Source of the DNA: Takakia lepidozioides
Lineage: Eukaryota; Plantae; Bryophyta
Assembly: GCA_030704615.1 (NCBI GenBank)
Contig: CM060731.1
Span: 38,440,001-38,504,000 of the forward strand
Direction of reading: 5' to 3'
DNA length: 64,000 bases
Shown here one piece after another: positions 12,504 to 23,438 of the stretch (position 1 is the first letter of the stretch; every line of letters starts with the position of its first letter). The position numbers were made by a program, and so were the translations under genes. The notes below the pieces were generated by a model, which was given only the letters and a program-made list of their open reading frames with translations, was not told the origin of the DNA and did no database searches.

Positions 12504-13565
12504 TTGGGTAAGGGTCCGGAACCTAAGGCGGTCATACATTCGGTGGACTTGGCCCCATGGGCTGAATCGGTTGCCCCAGATGCGAACTCGCAAGATGTCA
12601 TTCCCCTGGACATGGATTGTCTCAGAGCCCACTCAGAGAAGATGAAGCAGCACGGCATCCTAGTCCACTTCCCTGGGCGGCCCAAAGACAAAGAATGGGC
12701 TCGAAAGTGGGTGATCGAGCATTTAGGTACGCACCATTTCTGCCACTCTATGGGAAGGGGGTTCTACACGATCAAGTTTGGTTCAAAGGAGGACGCTGAT
12801 CGGGCACTGCAGTTCAACACCCGCAAATCCAGGTTTCGGGTACACATCTTTCCATGGACACCGGCATGGGGGCACAAGGACTGTGCAACTTGCAAACCCC
12901 GTATCATTGCGCTCCCCTTCCTCCCTGACAACTATCTGGCATCGCTCCCGGAAATTGGAGCCCACTTCGGCTCCTACATAGGCAGCCTTAACGTTTTTGA
13001 TCCTATAGATGATGCGGTGCTTAGCGTCGACCAGGACCCCTCCATTTTTTATGCTAACAGAGACAGTGGGGTGCCCAAAATCGTCGTTATGATGCCAGAT
13101 GCTGCTAAGATCGGATTGGCAATCAAGCTTCCTATGCTAGATGGATCATTCATCTCGATTCAAATACAGGAGGAGGTTCTGAGTATTATTTGCTATGGAT
13201 GTAATGGTGAAGGACACGTCAAAGCAGACTGTCCTCACAAAGACAAAGGCGAGTCCAAACATGTGGAGATGGCCCCCGTTCCTGCTGCCGCACCTATGAT
13301 CACCATCAGAGATATGGAGTCTCTATCACGCTCCTTGAACACCAACACTGCTGCCGCCACGGCCTCTCTTCCTTCGCTGCACATGTTCCTTGATGGACGA
13401 GCCGCCAAACGGAAGAGGACAGGATCGCCCTCCGTGTCCTCTCCACCACCTCGCCTTCGGCTGGTGCTGCTGCCTCGGGACCAGGGAAGCCCACCTCCTC
13501 ACCACCCCCCGCTGTGTTTGATTTCAGTCCTCGCTAGAAGACCCTCTCATAAACCTTGCCACTAG
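12504..13565 (+). CDS. LINE ORF1 (gag-like; DUF4283-like domain and CCHC zinc knuckle)
   Basis: 353-aa ORF with MGRGFYTIKF..EDADRAL..FPWTP and CX2CX4HX4C. Confidence 0.8.
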   Translation: MGKGPEPKAVIHSVDLAPWAESVAPDANSQDVIPLDMDCLRAHSEKMKQHGILVHFPGRPKDKEWARKWVIEHLGTHHFCHSMGRGFYTIKFGSKEDADRALQFNTRKSRFRVHIFPWTPAWGHKDCATCKPRIIALPFLPDNYLASLPEIGAHFGSYIGSLNVFDPIDDAVLSVDQDPSIFYANRDSGVPKIVVMMPDAAKIGLAIKLPMLDGSFISIQIQEEVLSIICYGCNGEGHVKADCPHKDKGESKHVEMAPVPAAAPMITIRDMESLSRSLNTNTAAATASLPSLHMFLDGRAAKRKRTGSPSVSSPPPRLRLVLLPRDQGSPPPHHPPLCLISVLARRPSHKPCH

Positions 13566-14599
13566 GTGCTTGGAGCTCAGGTCCTTCGCCCATGTCAGAC
13601 TTAGTGATTGGACCCGGACAGTGCGGTGCGCAGGAGCTTGGCGGTGGCAATTAAGGTCACACCGATCATCTATATATGGTCTCATTACTGGACCTGCTAA
13701 CCCCCCCTCCATACTCCTAACCAATGGGCCTGAGGGTTTAGAAGGAGCGTGGATCACATCCCATCATGCTACTTATTATTCTCCCTCCATGGAAGTTGAA
13801 CTGGCGTTCAAGCTAGTTGGCACCATCATTGCAGAGCAGCCTTGCCACTTCCAGCTTTCCAATGACACCACGGTGCATTTTGGAGCATTATGGGAAAACT
13901 GTGCAGATTTTGATTTGGCCTCCACTTTCCACGCCCTTCTTGCTATTAGGTGCAGGGAGGACATCGTGAAGGATGCTGGAACGGCAAGAGCATTCGACTG
14001 GCTCAGCAGGAAAGAACTCTTCAATGGAACAGCAGGGGGCTTTCCAAGGAGCAGCGATGTGCTTTTGGCGGGGTTTTCATTGCTGAATGCCATCATGGGG
14101 GTTGCCACTTCACCAGCTCCATCGCCCTCATCGTGTACAGCAGCAGAGGTTGTCATACTCAAAGACAACAAAGATGGCGAGGCTTTCTCCGCTCTCTCCA
14201 ACCACTATGGTAAGCAATGCTTAGTCTGCTTACCCCATATCGCCCGGCTGTTTTCCCGTCACCGTCTACTGTCAGCTCTGGCTTATCGTAGCATCTCTAA
14301 GATACCCTCTACTTGCTGGGCATTTTGCGAGGATTGAGACTAATCATAAAAGCCTTTGGAAAAATCTCCTAGCTGCCATTCGTTGGTTTTTAGGTTTTCA
14401 GTCTTGCTCTGCTGCTCTAGCTCTTCTTTGGGATAAAAAGAAAGGAAAAAAAATGAAGGACTGGCCATCTGGGACAAACTCCCTTGGATCTTTCATCTTG
14501 CTCTCCCGCCTCTCTCTTGACAGACATCTGGTCTAACTCCCATACTCCCTAGGGCTATCATTTCGAGAAAGCCTCTCGAGCCCTCTCTATAACTCTGAT

Positions 14600-15352
14600 A
14601 TCCTAAGTTAATCGACTCTATATCTTGGAAACAGGACCGCCCTGTCAAACAGGCTAAGTCCTGGCAGAAGAGAGTAGAAGAGATCCTCAAGGACCTGGAC
14701 CTGGATCCGCAAGTCTTGACCCTGCTGGATAAATCTGACTTAGAGGCTGTAGTGTCCTCAGCCATGTCTGTTGCCATGAGATTGTCTGATGAAAATGAAG
14801 TTAGGCAGAAAACTTCCCTGAACTTGTTTCCAGTCTGGGGAGGACATCTTGGATGACCTCAAGGGTCTACCCACTCTCGGCACTAGACTGAAATTTAAAC
14901 TCAGGGCAGGAAGCCTACCTTTGAACAGCAAACAGAAGCAGAGAGGAAAGGGAGAGTGCAATTGCCCGTTGTGTGGGCAATCTGAAGACAGTATTCATTT
15001 TCTGATACACTGTCCGGGGTTCTCTCACTAAAGAGACGCTCTCTTCAAATCTAATAAGGGAATTGTGCCTGTACCCCTGTTTGCCAACTTTGAAAGTCTC
15101 GAGGCTGAGCCAAAAGCCCAGGCCCTCCCGAGGCCTAGTTTTTGGGCAAATCACACACAGCAGATTGATGCTTGTGTGAAGGGATTTCTAGAGGATATCT
15201 GGAAAACCCGGATTAATTCTTTATATGGAGGTAAGTCTTACTACCAACGTCAGCCCCTGGCAGAGGTACGTTCTGTCCCTTTTGTTCCTGCTCAAACTGG
15301 GCGCGGGGTCAATGGCCACAAGGCTACGGCAAACAACGTCTTATGAGTACAA
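14600..15352 (+). mobile_element. 5'-truncated RTE-like LINE (C-terminal CCHC finger and 3' end) nested in the L1, with 14-bp TSD
   Basis: Colinear with 56220-56986 and encodes CPLCGQSEDSIHFLIHCPG. Flanked by TCTATAACTCTGAT at 14586-14599 and 15353-15366. Clade name is tentative. Confidence 0.88.
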
Positions 15353-17160
15353 TCTATAACTCTGATGTTATTAGATCTTGGAACATAAGGGGGATAGGGT
15401 CTGATACCACTGCCCCAAAAAGGTCCAGGCTTAAAAGATGGGCTGCTCCATTCCTATCTGACAACTCCATCATTTTCTTACAAGAGCATAAGCTTAGTGA
15501 TGCTAAAATTGCCTCTCTTGGTCAGATGCTTTGGCCCTGGCTTGGTGGAATAGAACTGTGGAGAGCTCGCGCGGTGGAATGGCGGTGTTGATATCCCCAA
15601 ATTTGGCCTCCCACATATCCAATGTGCATACCTGGAGGACTGGCAGAGCCCAATTTGGTCTGCTTACAATACCGGGTTCGGGTATCAATATTGGCTTTGT
15701 TAATATTTACGCTCCTAATGTCTTGGCTGATAGGATTGAATTTTGGCACATGCTGCAATCTAAAATCCTTCTTTATACGGATGTGGACCAATGGATTTTG
15801 GCTAGTGACTTCAATATGACTGACAGATCTATGGATAGGCTTGATCTTCCTCCTCCAGCCTCTCACCTGAGGAATATAATGCATGGGAGTCCATGTGCTT
15901 ATCTGTTGGCCTCGTTGACATCTCCATTCCTGAGCCTAACAATCTTCGTTTCACCTGGTCTAATTGCAGGTCCCCCCCTGATTTGGTTATGGCTAGGCTT
16001 GACAGGGTCTACTGCACATGTGGCATTGTGCCATGGGCCAAGACCCCCCCCCTTGGGGCCAGTGTTACCTGATTTTGACCACTCTGAGATTAGCTTCCTC
16101 TTTTCTGCTCACTCTAGAACGAAGGGTAGAGGGTATTTTAAACTTAACCCTTCTATGTTTAAGTCCAAAGAAAGAGTGGATTTATTAGCGCAGGTCTGGT
16201 CTGCTGCTGGCAATGCATATGAATCACCCACGCTCAAATTCCTTGCTAAGTTGGAGGCAACTCGAGCCAGAGCTCAAGAGCTCTCTAGAGAGCTGGCTCT
16301 GGCCCTTTCGCAAAAAGAAAATCTCTCCTTAAGTGTCTTCGCCTTTGTCAGCAACTTCTAGAAGATAGAGATGAAGGGCTCTGTACTCTGGCCAACTATA
16401 ATAAGGCTAAATTTAATCTATGGAGCTATAGGCAAGATAAGGAGAATTATTTGCGTGAAAAGCTGGTGTCAACTGGTCCCGGAAGGGAGAGAAGATGATG
16501 TCGAAGTACTTTTTGGTTAAAACTAAGCAAAGAAGATTGGCATTTTCTATTGCCTCTCTCACCAGGCCTGATGGCTCTGTCTCCACCACTCGCAAAGAGA
16601 TGGCCCAAACTGCTGAAATGCATTTGCCTCTGTGTTCTCAAAAAGGCCCAAATCTGTTGAAAGGGAGCAAGCTGCTCAATCCATTGTTCGTTCGGTCCCC
16701 ACACTTCTAGATGATGAAGAAAAAAAGGACTTGTCTCGTCTTCCCCTCTCACTGCGTCTGAGTTGGCCCATGCCTTGTACTCCCTCCAGCTTGGAAAAGC
16801 GCCAGGGCTAGATGGCATCCCAACTGACCTTTTCAACGCTCTATGGCAAACTATAGAGGAAGATTTTGTGGCTCTAACAAATGATATCCAGGCAAAGGGT
16901 ATAATGCCATCCCAAATGTCGGTGGGGCTGATAACTCTGATCTTTAAAAAAGAAGACGGGGATGCTGTCCAACTATCGTCCTATTACTCTTTTAAACACG
17001 ACATACAAGATCATAGCGAAAGCTTTGGCTCTAAGGCTTCAACCAATTCTCTCCAGGATCATCAGACCTGAACAAACGGGATTTCTAAAGGGCAGAAAGC
17101 CGCTTGATCTTGGAACAGCAGTTCAAGCCTCCCACAATCTCAAATGGCCTACCTTGACCA

Positions 17161-17470
17161 GACAGGGTCCGAACTCGATGGGGCTCTCACCCTCTCCGAC
17201 GTCCCGATCCAGGAAACTTGGGCCCAGTCCGTTGCAGAGGACGCTTCTCCAGACTACAATTCGCAGAGCGGGACCCTGCGATTTTCTTTCCTGTTCGCTC
17301 GCCGTTACTAGGGAAATCCTGGTTAGTTTATTCTCCTCCGCTTAGTGATATGCTTAAACTCAGCGGGTAGTCTTGCCTGATCTGAGGTCTGCACAGAAAA
17401 AGTCCGAACGCGGCACTCCTACCCCATCCCCCGAAGGGACTCGGGCCCGGGGGCACCGCGCACGGCCTGC
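17161..17470 (-). rRNA. Orphan rDNA fragment: 3' end of ITS2 (~17470-17390) and ~230 nt of the 5' end of 25S/28S rRNA (17389-17161); non-functional
   Basis: Minus strand reads GACCTCAGATCAGGCAAGACTACCCGCTGAGTTTAAGCATATCACTAAGCGGAGG..CCCTAGTAACGGCGAGCGAA..GAATTGTAGTCTGGAGAAGCG..GAGGGTGAGAGCCCC, with an internal deletion and substitutions. Confidence 0.93.
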
Positions 17471-18919
17471 TTCCTTTTGTAATTCTAAAAAACATTGCCG
17501 AACCTCCTTCATCGGGAGGTCCTTCCTATTGCACATTGTGCATGAAACTGAACCTGATTGCTTCAATAGACAATCTTTGACCTCCACGCACAAAATCACG
17601 AATGCCACGTGCTACAGGAATCGGTGAAGGCCATTGAGTCTAGAATTGAGCCAGTGAGAGTAGTTGTGTATGTGCAACAGTGAACGAGTGGCCTTTGCGA
17701 CTACACCAGTGGGCTTTGTCATTCGTGCTTCCCTTGATTCGTCCATTGACTGCATAAAATTGCTTGAAATCCCTTAATGCGGGAATAGACTTTAGAGTTA
17801 GGGCCAAGATCCGGGTAGCCGGGGAGTTACAGGCAGTTCTCCACCGGGTCAGCAGGACCCTTCTCGTCTGAAAGCGATTTGCACCAAAAGGACTCATTAT
17901 CTGAAAGAATCACCGTCCAGGAATGAAGGTTTCTAGGGTCCATTGAGCAACATTGGAACTTGGATCTTGGTACGAACCATGACCAAGCATCTTTTCCTAG
18001 CCTGAAGGGGTATCCAAGAGTTTTTCCGTGGGGATTAAAAGAGGTTCGGACAGAAAGTGATGTTTTTTTAATTCATACTTAGATTTTATGTTGTAACATC
18101 TGCAATCCATATTAATCAACTTTAATGTCGTGCACCTAAGTATCGTGCCATAACATACATCGTTGTCCATCACACATTCTAAGCATACAATCCTAGAAAG
18201 TTATGCCACAATACTTTTAGTTAACTATGATTAAAACCATGACATTAAAAGTCCATAACTCTCTCTAGTACATGATTGTGTTTGCAATCTAATAGTTGGT
18301 ACCCATACCTATTGTAGTTAGAAACCCTACACCATATGAAATATTGAGTTGTTGGAAAACTATAGGTGAAACCATGAAAAGATATCACTGCAGAAACTGC
18401 CATGTTACACAGTTTTTGGTCCACCCATCTGTGCATTTATCCAACATCCGATAAATAGTTAGCATTTTCAATCGCCTCATTCAAAGTTTTTGGCGACTTC
18501 TCTTCCAACTTCCACCTGGCCACAAATTTCGCCACAAAGTCAAAAACCATGTTTGGTTTTGTCATATCCCAGACTTCAAGCAGTTATAGCAAATTTGAAA
18601 GCTTGAACATAACCCCGAATGTCATTACATCATGTACTCTCGAATGCAACCTCCCATGCTTACTATTCCCCCACAGTCCACAAGATCTCTTACCCAAATA
18701 TAGAACGGCCCCGACTGCCTCTATTTTCCATATGCTTAACACATCCCTTGCTGACAATTCTTGTCATATCAATGCCCACGCGCCCCCGGGGATTGCTACA
18801 GCGTGAGCAGAAAATTCTGTGAGCAGATTTATGCTCATGCTTTAGGATCTGCTCACCTATAAACCACGGCTTAGAGAACCTATTACTGCGGGTAGTGGCT
18901 AATATAACATGCATACCAA

Positions 18920-20484
18920 TTCATCGTTATGGATAAATGGCGGATGAATGATGGATGAATGACTGATGAATGTCTGTTGGACGAATGACACTGGATGAAT
19001 GTAGTTTGTGGATGAATGGAAAATTAAAAAGCATTTTTCAGTAGTGGTTGTCGAATCCCCAGCTCCAGAGTGAACATGTGCCAACTGAGGAGGGTTGTGG
19101 TTGTCATTTTACCAGGTATCCTAAGTCGAGAGAGATGCTCACACCCAATTGCAAAGAAGGTGGAGAGGCCATTTGGTGCTAATAAAAATCGTTTGAAAAC
19201 AGTCCAACGAAGAATATCCACTGCTACTGGAGTCAGTGTCCAAAACGAAGACACAACTGTCTATGAAGACACTAGCCCTGCTCTACATAAAACCATCTCT
19301 GTCGTAAAGCACAGGAGGGGGAGATAGGAGGAGACTAAATTGCCCGTTGTAGCCTCCGCATAACAACAAAGAAACAAAAAAAAAACAAAAAAAAATGGTC
19401 GGTTTTTTTGTTTTTTTTTTCCGAATGTGCTAGATTAAGGTGTCGTTGACGACACCTTCATCTGGCTACTCTTCTGTTGTGCTATTTGGGGTGAATGACA
19501 TCTACAAATTGCTCGGACTACATAACTTATGATTCGTTGTCATGTCCCAACAGGGCTGGGAATTAAGATGTCGTTGACGACACCTTAATGTCTTTTTCCT
19601 TGCACAAAAAAAATCCCTCCTATGGTTTTTTCCAGGGGACATATTTGTTCTAGGGAGATATTCATGGGTTCATTTGTCATGTGCTGACAGGGGCTGCGAT
19701 TTAAGCTGTCGTTGATGACAACTTAATGCCTGCTTCCCTGCGCATGTTGATCCCTGAGGATAGATGTTGTTGCAGTCATCCAACGATTTTTATTTTTTTA
19801 TTTTTTTTTCTCCCGAATGTGCCAGGTTAAGATGTCGTTGAGGTGGCTGCTCTTCTGGTATGCTATTTGGGATGAATGACATCTACAAATTGCTCGGACT
19901 ACATAACTTATGATTCGTTGTTATGTCCTTCTTCCTGGTGACCAGAAATCCATGTTGGGTAAATGCTAGGTCTCTTGGTTGCAAAGCAGGGGTTGGGTTC
20001 ATTTGCAAGTTTCCCAAATTTTTAATTTATTTTCCTGAAGGTGCCAGATTTAGGTGTGGCTGCTCTTCTGGTGTGCTATTTGGGGTGAATGACATCTACA
20101 AATTGCTCGGACTACATAACTTATGATTCATTGTCATGTCCCAACAAGGCTGGGAATTAAGATGTCGTTGACGACACCTTAATGCATACTTCTCTACACA
20201 AAAAAGTTCCCCTTATGGTTTTTTCCAAGGAACATATTTGTTCTGGGGAGATATTCATGGGTTCATTTGTCATGTGCTGACAAAGGCTGCAATTTAATGT
20301 CTGCTTCCCTACGCATGCTGATCCCTGAGGATAGATGTTGTTGCAGTCATCCATGGTTCAATCATCTGGGCAGTTTTTCATCCGTCACTTATCCAACATT
20401 CATCCATTCTCTTTTACGTCCATCCCAAATACATTCATCCGTAAATTTTTCATCGCACATTCGTGCCACATTGTTATCATAGTG
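18920..20484. mobile_element. Putative non-autonomous CACTA-like element with internal degenerate tandem units
   Basis: Right end ..ATCATAGTG (CACTATG on minus strand) at 20484. GGATGAAT subterminal motifs at 18930-19020 and their inverse ATTCATCC at 20375-20450. Left terminus not found. Confidence 0.55.
19420..20353. repeat. Degenerate direct repeats (units 19420-19780, 19813-19930, 20034-20353) carrying 26-bp TTAA-bounded palindromes
   Basis: Shared core gaatgacatctacaaattgctcggactacataacttatgatt x3. Palindrome TTAAG(G/A)TGTCGTTGACGACACCTTAA at 19435, 19563, 19701, 20157, and a half copy at 19827. Confidence 0.9.
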
Positions 20485-20989
20485 CCCGTCTGTCGGTCCA
20501 ATTGAGAGGAGAAGCGTTGTTGCAGTGGAGTTTGCGTCCACAACAATAGGTCCACTTGTTCCCTTGGTTTTAGGGTCCGCATTAGTAATCTGCTCACAGG
20601 TTCTGCTAACGCCTTTGCTGCCTCCCCCCCCCCCATGCAAGAGCGCGAGATGGGGAAATGACAAAGTACTAGGTCTTACTTTCCTCAAAATAAGAGGCTT
20701 AATCGCTGCATTCAGAGAGGCGAACATTAAGCCTTTCAATTTCTATCAAATCTAGTAAGACTTCATTCACCTGCCACATCATTTCCAAACTGAGCAAGTC
20801 TTACAAACTGGGCCCCTGAAAGACTAGGCCTAGAGTGGGCGAGCTGAGCTCTGCAAACAAATATGGTAATGGTTGTACCCACAATGAACAGTACAGATGC
20901 TTACAACAATTGTAGCTCTTTCTCTCTCGACAACAATTGTCGGAACTTCCAATGAAAAGCCTTTGTGCAATAGGTGTTTTAAAACTTCG

Positions 20990-22230
20990 TGCCTCAAAAC
21001 TTTATAGATAGGGACCAAAACATCCAAGAAGTACAAAGAAGAAAAAATAACCTCTGGCAGAGTACCATGGAGGCTAATAAGGGAAGGCTCTGCTTCGTGG
21101 TCAAAAGAAAAAAAAAAATGGGGGCAAGAAAGAAATAATATGAACAAACATAGAGTAAAACAGCGCAAGGCTACCATAGGGAGAAATGAACAAAATTGAG
21201 GAAGATCCAAAGCACCAACAAGCAGCTGAAGCCTAAGAATGGGAAAGAAAGCAAAAACATTGTTTTTCATATTCAAAGATTAAGAGTTTCACTTCAAAAA
21301 TAAAAACAATAAAAAGACATTAATTAGAACTTACAATATACTTACCGGTTACGAGGGCATGAATTTGGACTTGGCACTTCCAGCGGTAGTCGAAAAATCT
21401 TAATGTTCAACAGACCTCCATGGCTGCTTTAAACTTGACCTCCTTCCGACTCCGATTTGCTTGCAACTCATTATTATAATAGAACTCTGCCGCATCTAAG
21501 TGATCTACCAAAAGTACGTTTGATGCCTACGACTTGGGCCGCCCAAGCAAAGAATTAGGATGAGACCTAAGGGGATGAAGAAAATGTTCCAGCAGCAATG
21601 GTAGTGTTGGATGAACGTAAACGTTTCGTAGAACTTGCAAATTCTACACTGTCAAAGCAAGAAAAGCGCTATGGGTTATAAGCAAATCAGAGTCAGGGAG
21701 ATGTCAAGTTTGAAGTAGGCATGGAAGTTTGATTGAACATTAAGAATTTTCGACTACTTCTAGAAGTGAGTCCAAAGTTCGTGCCTCCGGGGCCTTTTTG
21801 CATTTAGAAGGTTATGAATGAGGACATTACGAGTTGGAGTTACTGGTAGAAAACAAAGTACGCCCCATGTTCCATGTTTTGCTCTTGAAGCCATACTTAA
21901 AAAATGAAGCGCGCTCAACTGAGCAACTAATTTTGGGTCCACCACGTATACTGTTGGTTCATGAAATGAAACCAAGTATGAGTGGAGGTAGTACTTAAGT
22001 CGAGAAGGTTCAAGAACCAACAAACAGAGTATCTCGTGAAATGGAATGGTTACCATCAAGTGTAGGTGCGTGCCTTGAAAATGGGAAACGTACCTGAGGA
22101 CGTCGCAGCCTTTGAAGGACGACCTCAAAAGCGGAAGAAGCGTTGAGGTGGTGGGAAAGGGACTGCATGCTTAATTCAGCTTAGCTAACTTAAGAATAAT
22201 TTTTTGCAAAGACACTTGTTATACGAAAGT
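20990..22230 (+). mobile_element. Composite repeat containing a chromoviral Gypsy 3' remnant (integrase tail, chromodomain, PPT); inverted copy at ~43830-47160
   Basis: Degenerate GPF motif (~21790), HVLLLKPY, chromodomain VEVVLKSRR..EYLVKWNGY (21980-22055), purine tract 22146-22161. ORFs 20830(-) and 46852(+) share HEAEPSLISLHGTLP. Confidence 0.75.
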
Positions 22231-23438
22231 TATGCAATCATGATGGACTCATGGGCGCTTTTCGGATGGAGATGACAAAGACATATATGGAAACGATAAA
22301 AAGTGTGACGATGTTATGTGTTAGTCGTTTGGAAGCTAAATACAATAATTTGAAATCTAGCATCTTTGTGCAAAAAAACGTAGAGATCCTAGAATCTAGT
22401 TGGCCTAAAAATTTAGTTCCATTCCATTCTATTGCTTGCCGTTGTTGTAATTTTCACTTTTGTGATGCCCAGTCATAATGCTCTAAGATCAATTTCAATT
22501 TTCAATCTTGCACTGCTTGATCTGATAGTCAATATATTACATCATCCAACGTTCATAGTGTTATTTTATGACTGAGAGTCATATCAATCGTGAGCAATTG
22601 TCGTGCTTTTGGCCAACTAAGTTTGACCAATGTTCTATAGACTTTGGAGTCATATAGTCACAAATATTATATATGATTTTTTCAAAAACTAAATCCCAAA
22701 CCATAGTCCTTGTTGATCGTATAGTCATTTTTGTAGATTTAGTTGTTATGATTGTTAAAAAGCTCTAGTTCTAGAAATGACGGAAAGAACTTCCCAAAAT
22801 TTTCCTATAGGATTGAAGTCCCTCCCTGACGGGAATATGCCTCAAAAAACTCTTGCTCAAATTGGACGAACATTCTGCATAGTGGATGAAAACTTTGAGC
22901 CGTTCTTCACGTTCGGGAAGGCCCTTGCCCACGTGCATTCCATGGGTAGGGGTCTTCCCCTACACAATATGTTGCGTTCACAACAAAAGGAAAAAGTAAT
23001 TACTATAATGTCCTTACTTTCCAAGCCTCATATGTTAAGTTCATGGTATGTCCATAAATCCATGTAATTGTTTCTATTTGCAAGCGGGGCTGCAGAGCCC
23101 AGGAATGTTCAATGTCCCTTAAGTCTCTGTAAACACTAAATATCTATCGAGAACAATTTGTTTGTATATGCAGGGAGCTAATGAGAGAGAAGGTGAATCA
23201 TCTTGTGAGAGAGAATGACAAGTTTGTGATGTTGTAACGTAGCCATGGTGTTACAAAAATGGATGAGGGCAGACGTGGCTAAACCAGGCACAGATGATTA
23301 TGGATGAACAAAAGATGAAAAAAATTAATAAATGGGACAAAACAGTCGTATTGGATGAATGGAGGTGCTGCCAGTACTGGATGTGTTGAAGTTGGCAAAA
23401 CTAAAAAGATTGGCTAAACCTCATGTGCTCCGCCCAAT

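Larger units (their letters stand above)
11750..17097 (+). mobile_element. L1-clade LINE, decayed and 3'-truncated, with a nested LINE fragment
   Basis: Pyrimidine-rich leader (5' boundary uncertain). ORF1 12504-13565 has a DUF4283-like region and zinc knuckle CYGCNGEGHVKADC. Endonuclease motifs SWNIRG, FLQEHKL, NIYAPN, (S)DFN, DH (15367-16100). RT motifs KAPGLDG, NYRPITLLNTTYKIIAKAL, EQTGFLKGR (16790-17097). Several frameshifts. Confidence 0.9.

Noticed and set aside
17161-17389. Functional rRNA gene
   Set aside because: Only ~230 nt of LSU with a deletion; no 18S or 5.8S nearby.
19420-20353. CRISPR-like array (palindromic repeats at regular spacing)
   Set aside because: Spacers are ~100-115 bp and are themselves repeated, there are no cas genes, and the context is eukaryotic.
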